From the NCBI GenBank assembly GCA_963785305.1, contig CAWAUV010000005.1, positions 64,001 through 128,000 on the forward strand: DNA of 64,000 nucleotides, written 5' to 3'. How positions within the stretch are numbered: position 1 is the first letter of the stretch; each line of letters opens with the position of its first letter. Origin of the DNA: an uncultured Planctomycetaceae bacterium. GTDB lineage: Bacteria > Planctomycetota > Planctomycetia > Pirellulales > PALSA-1355. Positions 1 to 10,202 of the stretch are shown here, piece after piece. Under the pieces are notes generated by a model. That model was not told the DNA's origin, searched no databases, and worked only from the letters and a program-made list of their open reading frames with translations. A program made the translations under genes and the position numbers.

Positions 1-291
1 CAATTCGCCGAACATATGCGTCTCTCTTGAGGCGTGAAAGCGCGAAGTTTAGATTGAAACGGGCGCCGCGAGACTTTATTTTACTTAGCAACAGTGCGAA
101 TGGTCAAATCGGCCGCGGCTGGGAAAGCGGCCCCAGTATCGCGAAAACCCGCGGCGGTGTATGAATGACGAGTTCGTAATGCGCGGCGATTCCTCGCTGG
201 TTGCCGCGGCGCCCGACTCCCTGATTCCGATTGCGGCTTTTACGAAATCCGCGGTTTACGCGATCCGCGACGATCCGCGTTGAAATCATCG

Positions 292-1320
292 ATGCCCAGC
301 ATGCCTGAAACCAACAACGCGGCGCATGTCCCCGGGGAGACCGGCGCCACTTGCCCGGCGTGGCGAACCGCCGGCCTACGGTATCACGCGTACAATTTTT
401 TCCTCCGCGAAAAGTTCGGCGAGCGAATCCAGAAGGTCAGCGTCGACGCCGGATTTACGTGCCCCAATGTCGACGGGACCGTGGCCGTGGGCGGCTGCGT
501 GTTTTGCGACAATCGCAGTTTCAGCCCCAGCCGCCGCACCCGCCGTCTGGCGATCGCATCGCAGATCGACGAGGGCATTCGCCGCCTCAAAACGCGCTAC
601 GACGCCGATCGCTTCATCGCCTACTTTCAGCCGGCCACGAATACTTACGCGCCGGTTGAAAAGCTGCGACCACTCTACGAATCGGCGCTCGAGCATCCCA
701 AGATCGTCGGCTTGGCGATCGGAACCCGCCCGGATTGCTTGCCCGACGAGGTGCTCGCGCTTTTGGAAACACTTGCTGGCCAGACCTACTTGAGCGTGGA
801 GTTCGGCATGCAGACGATGCACGACCGCTCGCTCGACTGGATGAATCGCGGCCACCATCACGACGCCACTCGCGACGCCATGGCCCGCGGCCAAGGTCGC
901 GGCTTCGAGCGCTGCGCGCATGTGATGCTCGGCCTGCCCGGCGAAAGCCATGCCGACATGCTTGCCACGGCCCAAGAGGTGGCCCGGCTCGATTTCGACG
1001 CCGTGAAGATTCACAACCTCTACGCCGTGCGAAATACTCCGCTGGCCGAGCAAGTGGCCCGCGGCGAGGTTTCGCTGATGGAGCGTGATGAATATATTGC
1101 GGTGCTCGTCGACTTCTTGGAGCAATTGCCCGCTCGCTGCGTGGTCGAACGCGTGACGGGCGACGCCCCGCCGGATTACTTCATCGGACCAAGCTGGTGC
1201 CTCGATAAGCCCGCGGCGCGGCGGGCGATTCTCGCGGAGCTCGATCGCCGCAATACTTGGCAAGGCCGGTTGCACGCGCAAGACACGACCTACGTGGCGC
1301 CGCCCATGGTCGCTCGGTGA
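292..1320 (+). CDS. Radical SAM protein, TIGR01212/YhcC family
   Basis: KVSVDAGFTCPNVDG...GGCVFCD (elongated Cys motif typical of YhcC), YFQPATNTYAP, IGTRPDC, VKIHNL. Start at ATG 292 or 301. Confidence 0.9.
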   Translation: MPSMPETNNAAHVPGETGATCPAWRTAGLRYHAYNFFLREKFGERIQKVSVDAGFTCPNVDGTVAVGGCVFCDNRSFSPSRRTRRLAIASQIDEGIRRLKTRYDADRFIAYFQPATNTYAPVEKLRPLYESALEHPKIVGLAIGTRPDCLPDEVLALLETLAGQTYLSVEFGMQTMHDRSLDWMNRGHHHDATRDAMARGQGRGFERCAHVMLGLPGESHADMLATAQEVARLDFDAVKIHNLYAVRNTPLAEQVARGEVSLMERDEYIAVLVDFLEQLPARCVVERVTGDAPPDYFIGPSWCLDKPAARRAILAELDRRNTWQGRLHAQDTTYVAPPMVAR

Positions 1321-1357
1321 TCGGGCATCCCAATTCTTCAATCAGGAAAGGTCCACA

Positions 1358-2287
1358 TTGGCCAAGCCAGACTCCGAGCCCGCGGCGTTTGTCAACGGAG
1401 AGTTCGTTTCCGAGTCGCTGGCGACCGTGCCGGTCCACGACGCGGGCTTTGTCCAGGGAGTGACGGTCGCCGAGCAGTTGCGCACCTTCGGCGGCCAACT
1501 GTTTCGGCTCGACGATCACCTGGCGCGGCTCGAGCGCTCGCTGGCTATTGTCGGCGTCGAGCCGGGGCTTTCGCTCGAAGCGATTCGCTCCGCGGCGATC
1601 GAACTCGCGCGGCGAAATCACGCGCTGCTCGCGCCCGACGATGATTTGAATTTGGTAATGTTCGTGACCCCCGGCGCCTATCCGGCCATGGCCCCGGCGG
1701 GCAAATACGGTCCGAACCTCGTTTTGCACACCTATCCGCTTCCGTTTCTCGCCTGGGCCGAGAAGTACACAACCGGCGAAAGCCTCGTGACGACCGATGT
1801 ATTGCAAACGCCCGAGCGCTGCTGGCCCGCGGAATTGAAATGCAGAAGCCGCATGCATTACTATCTCGCCGATAAGGCGGCGAGAGCGATAGAACCGGGC
1901 GCGCGGGCCGTGATGCTCGACTCCGAAGGCCATGTCACCGAAGCCACGACGGCGAATCTCGTGGTTTACGATCGCAGCCGCGGCGTGAGCACGCCGCCGC
2001 GCCAAAAGATATTGCCCGGCATCAGCCTCGCGACGCTCGAAACGCTTGCTAGAGAGCTCGCGCTGCCGTGGAGCGAACAGGATCTCGTGCCCGATGACCT
2101 AGCCGGGGCCGACGAAGTGTGGCTGTCGAGCACATCGCCCTGCCTACTTCCGGTCACACGGTTCAACGGAGTGTCGATCGGAGGGGGGCGCCCCGGTCCA
2201 GTTTTCGAAAAATTAATTTCGGCCTGGAGCCGGCTCGCGGGTCTCGACATCGTGGGCCAAGCCGAGCGGTGGGCGGAGGGCCGTTAG
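1358..2287 (+). CDS. PLP-dependent aminotransferase class IV (branched-chain aminotransferase / ADC lyase-like)
   Basis: VHDAGFVQG..E..RT, FRLDDHLARL, catalytic Lys in ELKCRSR, EATTANL, ILPGIS, ADEVWLSST. Confidence 0.88.
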   Translation: MAKPDSEPAAFVNGEFVSESLATVPVHDAGFVQGVTVAEQLRTFGGQLFRLDDHLARLERSLAIVGVEPGLSLEAIRSAAIELARRNHALLAPDDDLNLVMFVTPGAYPAMAPAGKYGPNLVLHTYPLPFLAWAEKYTTGESLVTTDVLQTPERCWPAELKCRSRMHYYLADKAARAIEPGARAVMLDSEGHVTEATTANLVVYDRSRGVSTPPRQKILPGISLATLETLARELALPWSEQDLVPDDLAGADEVWLSSTSPCLLPVTRFNGVSIGGGRPGPVFEKLISAWSRLAGLDIVGQAERWAEGR

Positions 2288-2444
2288 CGATTCCCACCCA
2301 ACGAGTTAAGCGCATCACTTCGCCCGAGGGAGCGGAATGCCTTTAAAGCGCACTCATTATCTGGCGATTTAGCAAATGCCGCGCACTTTGGGCGCCGAAG
2401 CGGGCGCCCGCGAGTCGATGCAATGTAGAATGGAGGACTTCTCC

Positions 2445-2681
2445 ATGAAGCGCACGACGTTCCAGACTTACAATCGGAGGAAGGGGGCCCCCGCCGCTTG
2501 GGCGCGGACCGATCAAGTGCTCGGGCCGTTTTCGATCGGATCTCAAATGTTCATGCCCCGCTTGCATCGGGCGAGATTTCCGTACATGATTTGGCGCCGC
2601 GCGAGCCACGTGGCGAACCGCACATCGATCGACGACGCATGCCGACCCCTTGGGCGGGGCGACATGATGGGCGGCGTTTAG
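2445..2681 (+). CDS. Possible small hypothetical protein (78 aa)
   Basis: GGAGG at 2432-2436 ahead of ATG 2445; ends 33 nt before the response regulator. No recognisable motif. Confidence 0.3.
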   Translation: MKRTTFQTYNRRKGAPAAWARTDQVLGPFSIGSQMFMPRLHRARFPYMIWRRASHVANRTSIDDACRPLGRGDMMGGV

Positions 2682-2714
2682 GCGGAATCGTTAGTTGTAG
2701 AGGAGGGAAAGTTG

Positions 2715-3347
2715 ATGAGCGTGAAAGTGCTGATTGCGGATGATCACGAAGTCGTGCGCACGGGATTGGTGAGCCTGCTCAATGGGTCGGAAGTGAAGAT
2801 CGTTGCCGAAGCGTCGGGCGGCGCCGAGGCGGTGAAGCTCGCCGCCAAGCACAATCCCGACGTGGTGCTGCTCGATATCCGAATGCCCGATGTCGATGGC
2901 TTCGAGGCTCTCGAGAAAATAATCGCCGCCGACGCCAGTTCGAAAGTGGTGATGCTCTCGACCTATGACAATCCGACTTACGTGGCCCGCGCCGTGGCGC
3001 TGGGCGCGAGTGATTTCATGCTCAAGGGCGCGACCCGTCAGGACCTGATCACCGCCATCACGGCCGCGGCCGCGGGTAAAGGCCCTTCGTGCGCCGGCGA
3101 ACTGCAAAAGGTGGCGACCGCCATGAGCAAGTCGGTGCAGACGCCCGATGGCGAGGTGCCGCTCACGAACCGCGAGACACAAGTATTGCGTCATGTGGCG
3201 CTCGGGCTGAGCAATAAGGAAATCGGCCGGGCGCTCACGATCAGCATCGAGACCGTGAAAGAACATGTGCAAAATATCTTGCGAAAGATTTCGGTGACGG
3301 ATCGCACCCAAGCGGCGGTGTGGGCGGTGCGCAGGGGACTTGTTTAA
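2715..3347 (+). CDS. NarL/LuxR-family response regulator
   Basis: Receiver (VLIADDH, LLDIRMP, K in FMLKG) plus LuxR HTH (LTNRE.QVL..VA.GLSNKEI...L.IS..TVK.HV). AGGAGG RBS at 2701-2706. Confidence 0.95.
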   Translation: MSVKVLIADDHEVVRTGLVSLLNGSEVKIVAEASGGAEAVKLAAKHNPDVVLLDIRMPDVDGFEALEKIIAADASSKVVMLSTYDNPTYVARAVALGASDFMLKGATRQDLITAITAAAAGKGPSCAGELQKVATAMSKSVQTPDGEVPLTNRETQVLRHVALGLSNKEIGRALTISIETVKEHVQNILRKISVTDRTQAAVWAVRRGLV

Positions 3348-3487
3348 CCGCGTCCATAAGGCCGCCTTGCTCCTTCCCGCGATGTATTGCGGCATCGTGG
3401 GCCGGATCGGGCTTGGACTCGGCGATTATTTACCACCCGGAGGGCGCGGCGCCCAGCGCTGCCACCAGGAGCCTATCCGACGACTCC

Positions 3488-3519
3488 CCCTCTCCCTTTG
3501 GGAGAGGGTTGGGTGAGGG
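3488..3519 (+). repeat. REP-like palindromic element, copy 1
   Basis: Perfect hairpin CCCTCTCCC-TTT-GGGAGAGGG followed by TTGGGTGAGGG. Related copies at 39925, 44520 and 49471. Confidence 0.65.
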
Positions 3520-3576
3520 CTCGCCGAATTTCTCGGATAGGCTATAAAAGTGTTCGCCCTCTCGACGCGCCGCGAT

Positions 3577-3687
3577 CTACATGCGACTAATTCGAATGTA
3601 GCGCGCGATATCGGGTCCCAGGGTGAACCCGAGAAATAACACGACCAAACCCGCCACGACGATCCCGCCGATGCTCCAGCCGCTCAT
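3577..3687 (-). CDS. 36-aa single-pass membrane peptide (DUF6893-like), not in the ORF track
   Basis: Translates as MSGWSIGGIVVAGLVVLFLGFTLGPDIARYIRISRM*; AAGGAG RBS 7 nt upstream; hydrophobic helix plus PD-x-x-RY-x-R-I-x-x-M tail, as I recall from small genes in group 1h hydrogenase clusters. Confidence 0.75.
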   Translation of the reverse strand: MSGWSIGGIVVAGLVVLFLGFTLGPDIARYIRISRM

Positions 3688-3779
3688 GGCTTGGCTCCTT
3701 TTATCGAAACGTCGCAAAAAACGTTCGTTTTGATTCCACGCCAGTATTCTCGCATTCCAAAACCCCCGACGCCACGTTT

Positions 3780-5314
3780 GTAACTGTTAAGCCGTGGCGT
3801 GGCCTGGGCGCGGGGGGGCGGTGGCGATATTGGCGGGGATCGCGGGCGAGGGGTTTCCGGGGATGGGTCGCGTGGCGGATGTTTTAACTGCTATTGGTGA
3901 TCGGCAGCGGCAGGGTCTTGCCTTGCAATTTAGCGCGCACGACTTCGATTCCATACCTTGCGAAGCTCAAACCGTTTTTCGCGCCGGTCGCGATCACGCT
4001 CTTGATTCGGGCGAACGCCGCCGCGCTCCATTCGGTCCGATGCGTGCCGCCATCATTCCTCGCCGCCGCCAGGCTTCGGATGTCGCGTTCGGTTCCGTTG
4101 TTGTCGGCCGGAACATTCGCATCGTCGAGGAAGGTGAACAATTCGTCCGAGTGCTTGAACAGCCGCCGCCAGATTCGCAAACATTCGCGATGCCGCACGC
4201 GCGTCTCGAGCATCAACGTGTCGAAACGGTTTTGAATCTCGTGTCGGGCCGCGTTGAAAGCTTTTTTGCCGAGCGACTTGCGTCGTGGCCCAACCGGATC
4301 GCGTCTTGAAACAGCGTGATCAACGGCTGGATGAAGGCCCGCACGCTCGCCGCCGGCAACGTCTCGCGCAGCTTGTGCAACTCGCGAAGCAAATGGACCA
4401 AGCAGCGCTGTTTGCGGCAGTCGAGCCCGTTGTAGACCGCATAAAAATCGCTGACCAGCGTGCCCGCGAACGATGTGCCCAACGCTCGCTCGAGCACGGC
4501 CCGATTGCGATGACGATCGATCAGGAACAATGCCAAGCGCGGGTCTCGAAAACACCAGGCCCACGCGGGCAGTCCGTCGATCCGCCAACCGGTCTCATCG
4601 CCTTGCACGACCGGCGAATTGCGCAAGAGTTCCCAGAGTTTGTCGACCACCGGCTCGAACAAAGCGCCGCCCCAACGCAAATGGCCGAGCAATCCGGCCC
4701 GGCTGGCCGAAAGACCAAAGAAGTCTTTCAGCAAGTGTTGCGTTTTGCCGAGCGAGATGCCCAGGTGAACCCGCGCGTAGCAGACCAACAAGCGCGCGCG
4801 TGGCCCGATGTGGGCGCCGGGCAGTTCCAAGTCGCCGCGTCCTTGGCAGGTGGCTTGGCAATGTTCGCAACGGTAGGTATGACGGCGATACCGATGCCAT
4901 TCGAGCTTGGGCTCTGGAATCTCCGCCATCTCATGGTCTTCGAACTCGCCGTGGCGGTCAGATCGTGGCCGCCGCAATGCGGACACTCTCGCGGATGCAC
5001 ATCGTGTTCGATGAATACCGTGCCGGGCGGCGGCTCTGGACGAAAGCTGCCCGGATGTTTGCGAAACTGCTTGCGGCGGCGATCCTGTTCGCCACGCCGC
5101 GCATCGGCGGCCGAGCGGGTTTTCTTGCGCCGCTGAAGAAACTTTTGGACTTGCTGTTCGAGTTGCTCGACGCGCTTGCGCAGCGTGATATTCTCCGCCA
5201 GCAACCGGGCGATTTCCGCTTCCAACTCGGCGATCCGTCGATCTCGATCATCCATGATCCAATCAATGTGACCGAAAACCCAATTTCGGGAAAGAGGAAA
5301 TGCTTAACAGTTAC
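3780..5314 (-). mobile_element. IS66-family insertion sequence, single-ORF ISBst12-like type (1535 bp)
   Basis: Perfect 13-bp terminal IRs GTAACTGTTAAGC (3780-3792) and GCTTAACAGTTAC (5302-5314); GTAA...TTAC ends; 8-bp target duplication CCACGTTT (3772-3779, 5315-5322). Confidence 0.95.
3884..5255 (-). CDS. IS66 DDE transposase (TnpC-like), split over three frames
   Basis: Coiled coil, CPHCG/CEHC Zn finger, GDETGW, LVSDFYAVY, QRCLVHLLR, DNNGTERDIR. Frame changes near 4940 and 4280. Confidence 0.9.
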
Positions 5315-5493
5315 CCACGTTTTGCAAAACCCGAGCCGAATGCTCCCGCCTCTTCGCGAGCACGTTAAAAACCACCACCAAAGGTGATTTCGAGCCTCTG
5401 CCGCGGATCGTCGAGCCGACCTCTCTTGCTCCGTCGTCGTTCACGTTGGCTCTTTCAAACGCATTTCGCACTTCTCGACATGTGTAAGCGCAA

Positions 5494-7898
5494 TCATGTC
5501 GTGTCGGTCGCGCGGAGGCTGGCGGCCGCCAGGGCGGCCTGACCCAAGGCGATGCCGCCATCGCCCAAGGGGACACTCTGGTTCGCAATAATGGAAATCT
5601 CTCGATCGTCGGCGAAGTACTCCATAAACGCCCTCCACAGCAACTCGTTTTGCCACACGCCGCCCGAGACCGCCACCACTCGGGTCCCATGGCTTCGACA
5701 AAGATCCCGCGCGCGATTCGCCGCGCCGCGGGCAAGTGTTTGATGAAACGCCGCGGCGATTTCGCCGACGTCGCGCCCGGCGATCCGATCGCGAACCACG
5801 GCCGCCACGAGCCGTCGCGGGTCGAGCTCCGAGAAGGGATACGAAGACTGTGGTCCGATGCCGCGGGCTCGCTGCTCGAGCCAGATCGCGGCTTGCCCTT
5901 CGAAACTGATCGGCCGCGTGAACCCCAACAGCGCCGCCACGGCATCGAATAGCCGGCCGACGGAGCTTGTGGGGAAACATCGCACTCGTTTGCGGGCGAT
6001 CGCCAGCGCGTTGGCGAAGCGCCGCGGCAGGCCAAATGGCGGACCGGCGATCGCTTCGGCCAATGGTAAATCGCTCGGCCACGATTCGGCGCACGCGGCC
6101 GCATCGGCCACGAAGCCGGCGGCGGCTTGAGCCGGAAAGCGAGCCGCGGCGTCGCCGCCGGGCATCGGAGTCGGCCGCAGCCATGCGACGCGTTCCAGGC
6201 CGCGGCTCACGCTGCCGACGAAGAACTCGCCGCCCCAGATCGCGCCATCGCGGCCATAGCCCGCGCCATCGAATACCACCCCCACCACTCGCTCATCAAG
6301 CAGGCCATGCTCCGCCATCACACTCGCCACATGCGCTTCATGGTGCTGCACCGCCACAAGCCGCGCCGCCGCGAGTCCCCGGGCATGGCGACTCGAGCGA
6401 TACTGCGGGTGCATGTCATGAGCCACGACCAAATCCTGGGGCCGCAGTTCGGCCATTGCCAGCAAATCCGCCACCGAGCGTTCGAAGGCCGCGAAGGCGC
6501 CGGCATCATCCAAATCGCCCAAGTGGGGACCGACCAGCGCCTCGCCATCGATCACCAGCGCCACGGCGCTTTTCAAATCGGCGCCGAGCGCGAGGACGGG
6601 TCGATCCGACTCCAGCCGGCAAACGGCCGCCGGCGCATAGCCCCGGGCGCGGCGAACCAGGGTCATTTGCCCGTCGCGCACCATGACGACCGAATCTTCA
6701 ACTCGCCGCGCGATGGGTCGCTGGCCACGAAGCAGGGCGTCGGCGATGCCCGAAAGCCGCTCCCGCGCGTCGAGATCGTCGAAAGCGATCGGTTCGCTGG
6801 AGCGATTGCCACTGGTCATCACCAGCACGGATGGAGCGCCGGCCGCGAAGAGCAAATAGTGCAGCGGCGCGTAGGGTAGCATCACGCCAAGGTCGTCGGT
6901 CTCGGGCGAGATCGCGTCGAACACGATCTCGCGGCCCGCGGTTGCGCGGGAGGGAGCAAGCACGATCGGCTTGGCCCGATCGACCAGCAAGCGCTCGTGC
7001 TCGGCCGTGAGCGCCGCGATCCTTCGCGCCGCCGCGAGATCGCGGGCCATGAGCGCAAACGGCTTTTCCTTGCGAAATTTGCGCTCTCGCAGCGCGATGA
7101 TCGCGGCGCGATTGGCGGCGTCGCAAGCCAAGTGATAACCACCAACGCCTTTGATCGCCAAGATGGCGCCCCGCGCAAAAGCTCGGCGGCGCGAGCGATC
7201 GCGCGGCTGCTCGCGAGACTGGCCCGTTCGATCCGCCCGACGGCGGTTTCATCACCCCCGCTCTTCCAGGGCCGGTTCTGGAAATCGACCAGTTCATATC
7301 CCGGGCCGCAAGCCGCGCAGGCCGTGGGTTGGGCATGAAACCGGCGGTCGAGTGGATTTTCGTATTCCGCGCGACAGGCGTCGCACAGCGGCCACGATGC
7401 AAGCGTCGTGTTCGCCCGATCATAAGGCAAGCGGCACACGATCGAATAGCGCGGGCCGCAATGCGTGCAATTCGAATAGGGGTAGCCTTGCCGCCGATCC
7501 TTGGGATCGAACAGTTCCCGCAAGCAGTCCTCGCACACGGCCAGATCGGGCGACACGCGAGCCGTGGGCTGGCCACGATCGTCGCTCGCCCGAATCGTGA
7601 AGTCGACGAACCCCTCGAGCGGCGCGGCGTCGCAGGCAAGCGAGGCAATGTGCGCGGCGGGCGGCGGGCTTTGCTTCAAGATTTCGATAAAGGCCGCGAC
7701 CGCGTGGGGTGACCCTTCGGCATGAATCTCGACACCGCGGCGGTCGTTGATGACCCATCCCACGATCCGATGCTCGCATGCCGCGCGATGGACAAAAGGC
7801 CGAAAGCCCACGCCCTGGACCACGCCGCGAATCGAAACTCGCCGGGCGATGGGCGCATCGCGGGCGAAGGAATCGTCGACCGATGCCGATACTCGCAT
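5494..7898 (-). CDS. hypF: Carbamoyltransferase HypF (frameshift ~7160)
   Basis: Acylphosphatase domain GVVQGVGFRPF, Zn fingers CEDC...CTHCGPRY and CDAC...RRFHAQP.AC..CGP, AIKGVGGYHLACDA, QHHEAH, GDGGIALGQ. Confidence 0.95.
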
Positions 7899-7915
7899 CC
7901 GCGCCCCTTTCGCCC

Positions 7916-9110
7916 TCAAGGCCCACGTCGCGCCAAATCGATCGCCCGCCGCAGCACATGGTAAATCGAGGCCTGCACTTCTTGAATCCGCGGAATGTAA
8001 TCGCAATGCACGACGAGCGCATGGTCGACGAGCTTTTCGCGAACAAAGTCTCCACCCTCGTAGCCGGCCAGCCCCACGGTAAGCAGGCCGCGCTGTGCGC
8101 TTCCACCAGCGCGGCGGCGATATTGCGCGAGGCGCCGCTGGTCGAGATCGCCACCACCACGTCGCCCGGCCGGCTGTTGGCGATCAATTGCCGCGAGAAC
8201 ATCAGCTCGACGCCCACATCGTTGCCGATGGCGCTCAACACGGCCGGCTCCGCCGAAAATGAAATCGCGGGAATCGGCCGCGAACCCTCGGAACTGGCAA
8301 CGCAATCGAGCACGAAATCGTTGGCGTCGGTCGCCGAGCCGCCATTGCCAAATACCAACAGCGCGCCGCCCGCGTCGACGCGCCGGGCCATGGCGATCGC
8401 GGCGTCGGCGAACGGGCCGGATTGCTCGGCGGCGAATCGCGAGCGAAGACGTTCATCATCGCGCGCTTTCTGGCAAATCGATCGAGCCACGTCGACCCGT
8501 GCGCAGAGTCCGCGGCTTCGGTCTTCGCGCCGAGAAAAGGATAAAGAAAGCTCGCGGCGCCAAGGTCCTCGCCACAGGGACGGCAGGCGCCTTCAAGTTC
8601 GAGAAATACATGCACGCTTTCCCAGAGCGTGTGATACATCACTTCGACGAGCTCTTGATGCACCCACGCATCGTCGCTGGGCGCCGGAAGCGGCGCGTCG
8701 CCCAAATGGCTCGACCATAAACAGGTGAACGCGCCTCGCCGGGCCAAGCGGGCAAAAAGTTCGGCAAAGCGAGCGTCGCCCTCGGGTGGGGCAAAGCCCA
8801 TTACGATATCTTCTGGACGGGCGAGCGATTCGAGCATTCGCTCCGGATCGGCCGATACGTCGAGCGCCGGCAGCGCTCGCTTGCCCACGATCACCGGATG
8901 CACGAACTCGACCGAAACATGCTGAGCATCGGTCGCATGGCGCCCGCGGCCCGCGGCGAGCAAGCGTCCGCCGCGACGAAATCGCTCGGCCATCTGCTGG
9001 CATGCCGCGGCCAAGGTCTCGCAATTGCGCGGGAAATAGTCGGCCGAAATCGAGTTCCGCAGCGCGAACTGCTCTGCGAGAAGTCGGATGATTTGGTCGC
9101 GAGCGGTCAT
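7916..9110 (-). CDS. Tandem SIS-domain (GmhA/phosphoheptose isomerase-like) protein; frameshifts ~8500 and ~8100
   Basis: First SIS: TDAQHVSVEFVHPVIVGKRALPAL...QE....YHTLWE.VHVF. Second SIS: FGNGGSATDA, GNDVG, ISTSG.S.NI, YIPRIQEVQASIYHVL. Confidence 0.8.
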
Positions 9111-9127
9111 GGCACACGCCGCTTTCG

Positions 9128-10186
9128 TCAGCAAATACGGGGCAGCGGATCGCCGAGCAGCACATCCACGACGCGCATCCCGCCATAGGAGGCCCTGGCT
9201 ACCACGCGCGGCCCCGCGCCGCCGACGATTTCGCCCAAGCAACAAGCCCGCTCACCGCCCGCGACACTCCGCAGCGCCTCGAGCGCCCGCTCGGCCGCCG
9301 AGGCCGACACCACGGCGACAAACTGGCCTTCGTTGGCTACCTGCAGCGGATCGAGGCCCAGCAGTTCGCAGGCGCCACGCACATCGTCGTCGACCGGCAC
9401 GGCTTCTTCCTCGATCATGAGCCGCTGGCCCGAGTCGCTGGCCAGTTCGTTGAGCACCGTGGCGACGCCGCCGCGCGTGGCGTCGCGCATCCATTTCAGT
9501 TCAGTTCCGCAGGCGGCGAGCAGCGCTTCGGTGAGCGGCAGAATCGAGCGCGTGTCGGAGCGAATGTCCGACTCGATCTCGAGCTCGGCCCGCGCGAGCA
9601 TGATCGCCATGCCGTGATTCCCAATCGGCCCGGAAACCAACACCCGATCTCCGGGCACGACTCGCCCCGGCCGCAGATCGGCCTGGCTTGCCACGGAGCC
9701 GATGCCGGTGGTCGAGATATACATTCCGTCGGCCTTGCCGTGTTCGACCACTTTCGTGTCGCCCGTCGCCACGACCACCCCGCATCGCCGAGCCGCGGCA
9801 GCCAGGAGCGTGACCTCGCGGCGCAGCACTTCGGTGCGCAACCCGGCTTCCAAGATAAAGGCCACGGCAATCGCCAGCGGCTTGGCTCCCGAGACCGCGA
9901 GATCGTTTACCGTGCCATGAATCGCTAGCTCGCCGATCGAGCCGCCGGGAAACTGCAACGGCCGCACCACGAAGCTATCGACCGTCATCGCCAACCGGCC
10001 CGGCGGCGCGGTCAGCACCGCGGCGTCGGCCAGCGGATCGAGCGCCGGGTTGGCCAACAGCGGCAAGAAGAGCCCTTCGACCAGGCGGCGCGTCGCCTCG
10101 CCGCCGGCGCCGTGGGCCATGTCGATTTGCTTGTCGTAAAATGGCGTCGCTTCGCGGTGGAGTTGCATGGCCGTAGGTGAAGTCAC
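9128..10186 (-). CDS. hypE: Carbamoyl dehydratase HypE
   Basis: MAHGAGG, DSFVV.PL.FPGG.IG, GTVNDLA, GDTKVV, MRDATRGG, ANEG, C-terminal LPRIC. Confidence 0.97.
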   Translation of the reverse strand: MTSPTAMQLHREATPFYDKQIDMAHGAGGEATRRLVEGLFLPLLANPALDPLADAAVLTAPPGRLAMTVDSFVVRPLQFPGGSIGELAIHGTVNDLAVSGAKPLAIAVAFILEAGLRTEVLRREVTLLAAAARRCGVVVATGDTKVVEHGKADGMYISTTGIGSVASQADLRPGRVVPGDRVLVSGPIGNHGMAIMLARAELEIESDIRSDTRSILPLTEALLAACGTELKWMRDATRGGVATVLNELASDSGQRLMIEEEAVPVDDDVRGACELLGLDPLQVANEGQFVAVVSASAAERALEALRSVAGGERACCLGEIVGGAGPRVVARASYGGMRVVDVLLGDPLPRIC

Positions 10187-10202
10187 AGGATGGAAGGCTC
10201 TT

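Noticed and set aside
20..290. Possible ncRNA upstream of the radical SAM gene
   Set aside because: Only short imperfect repeats (e.g. CGATCCGCG twice); no tRNA or riboswitch signature.
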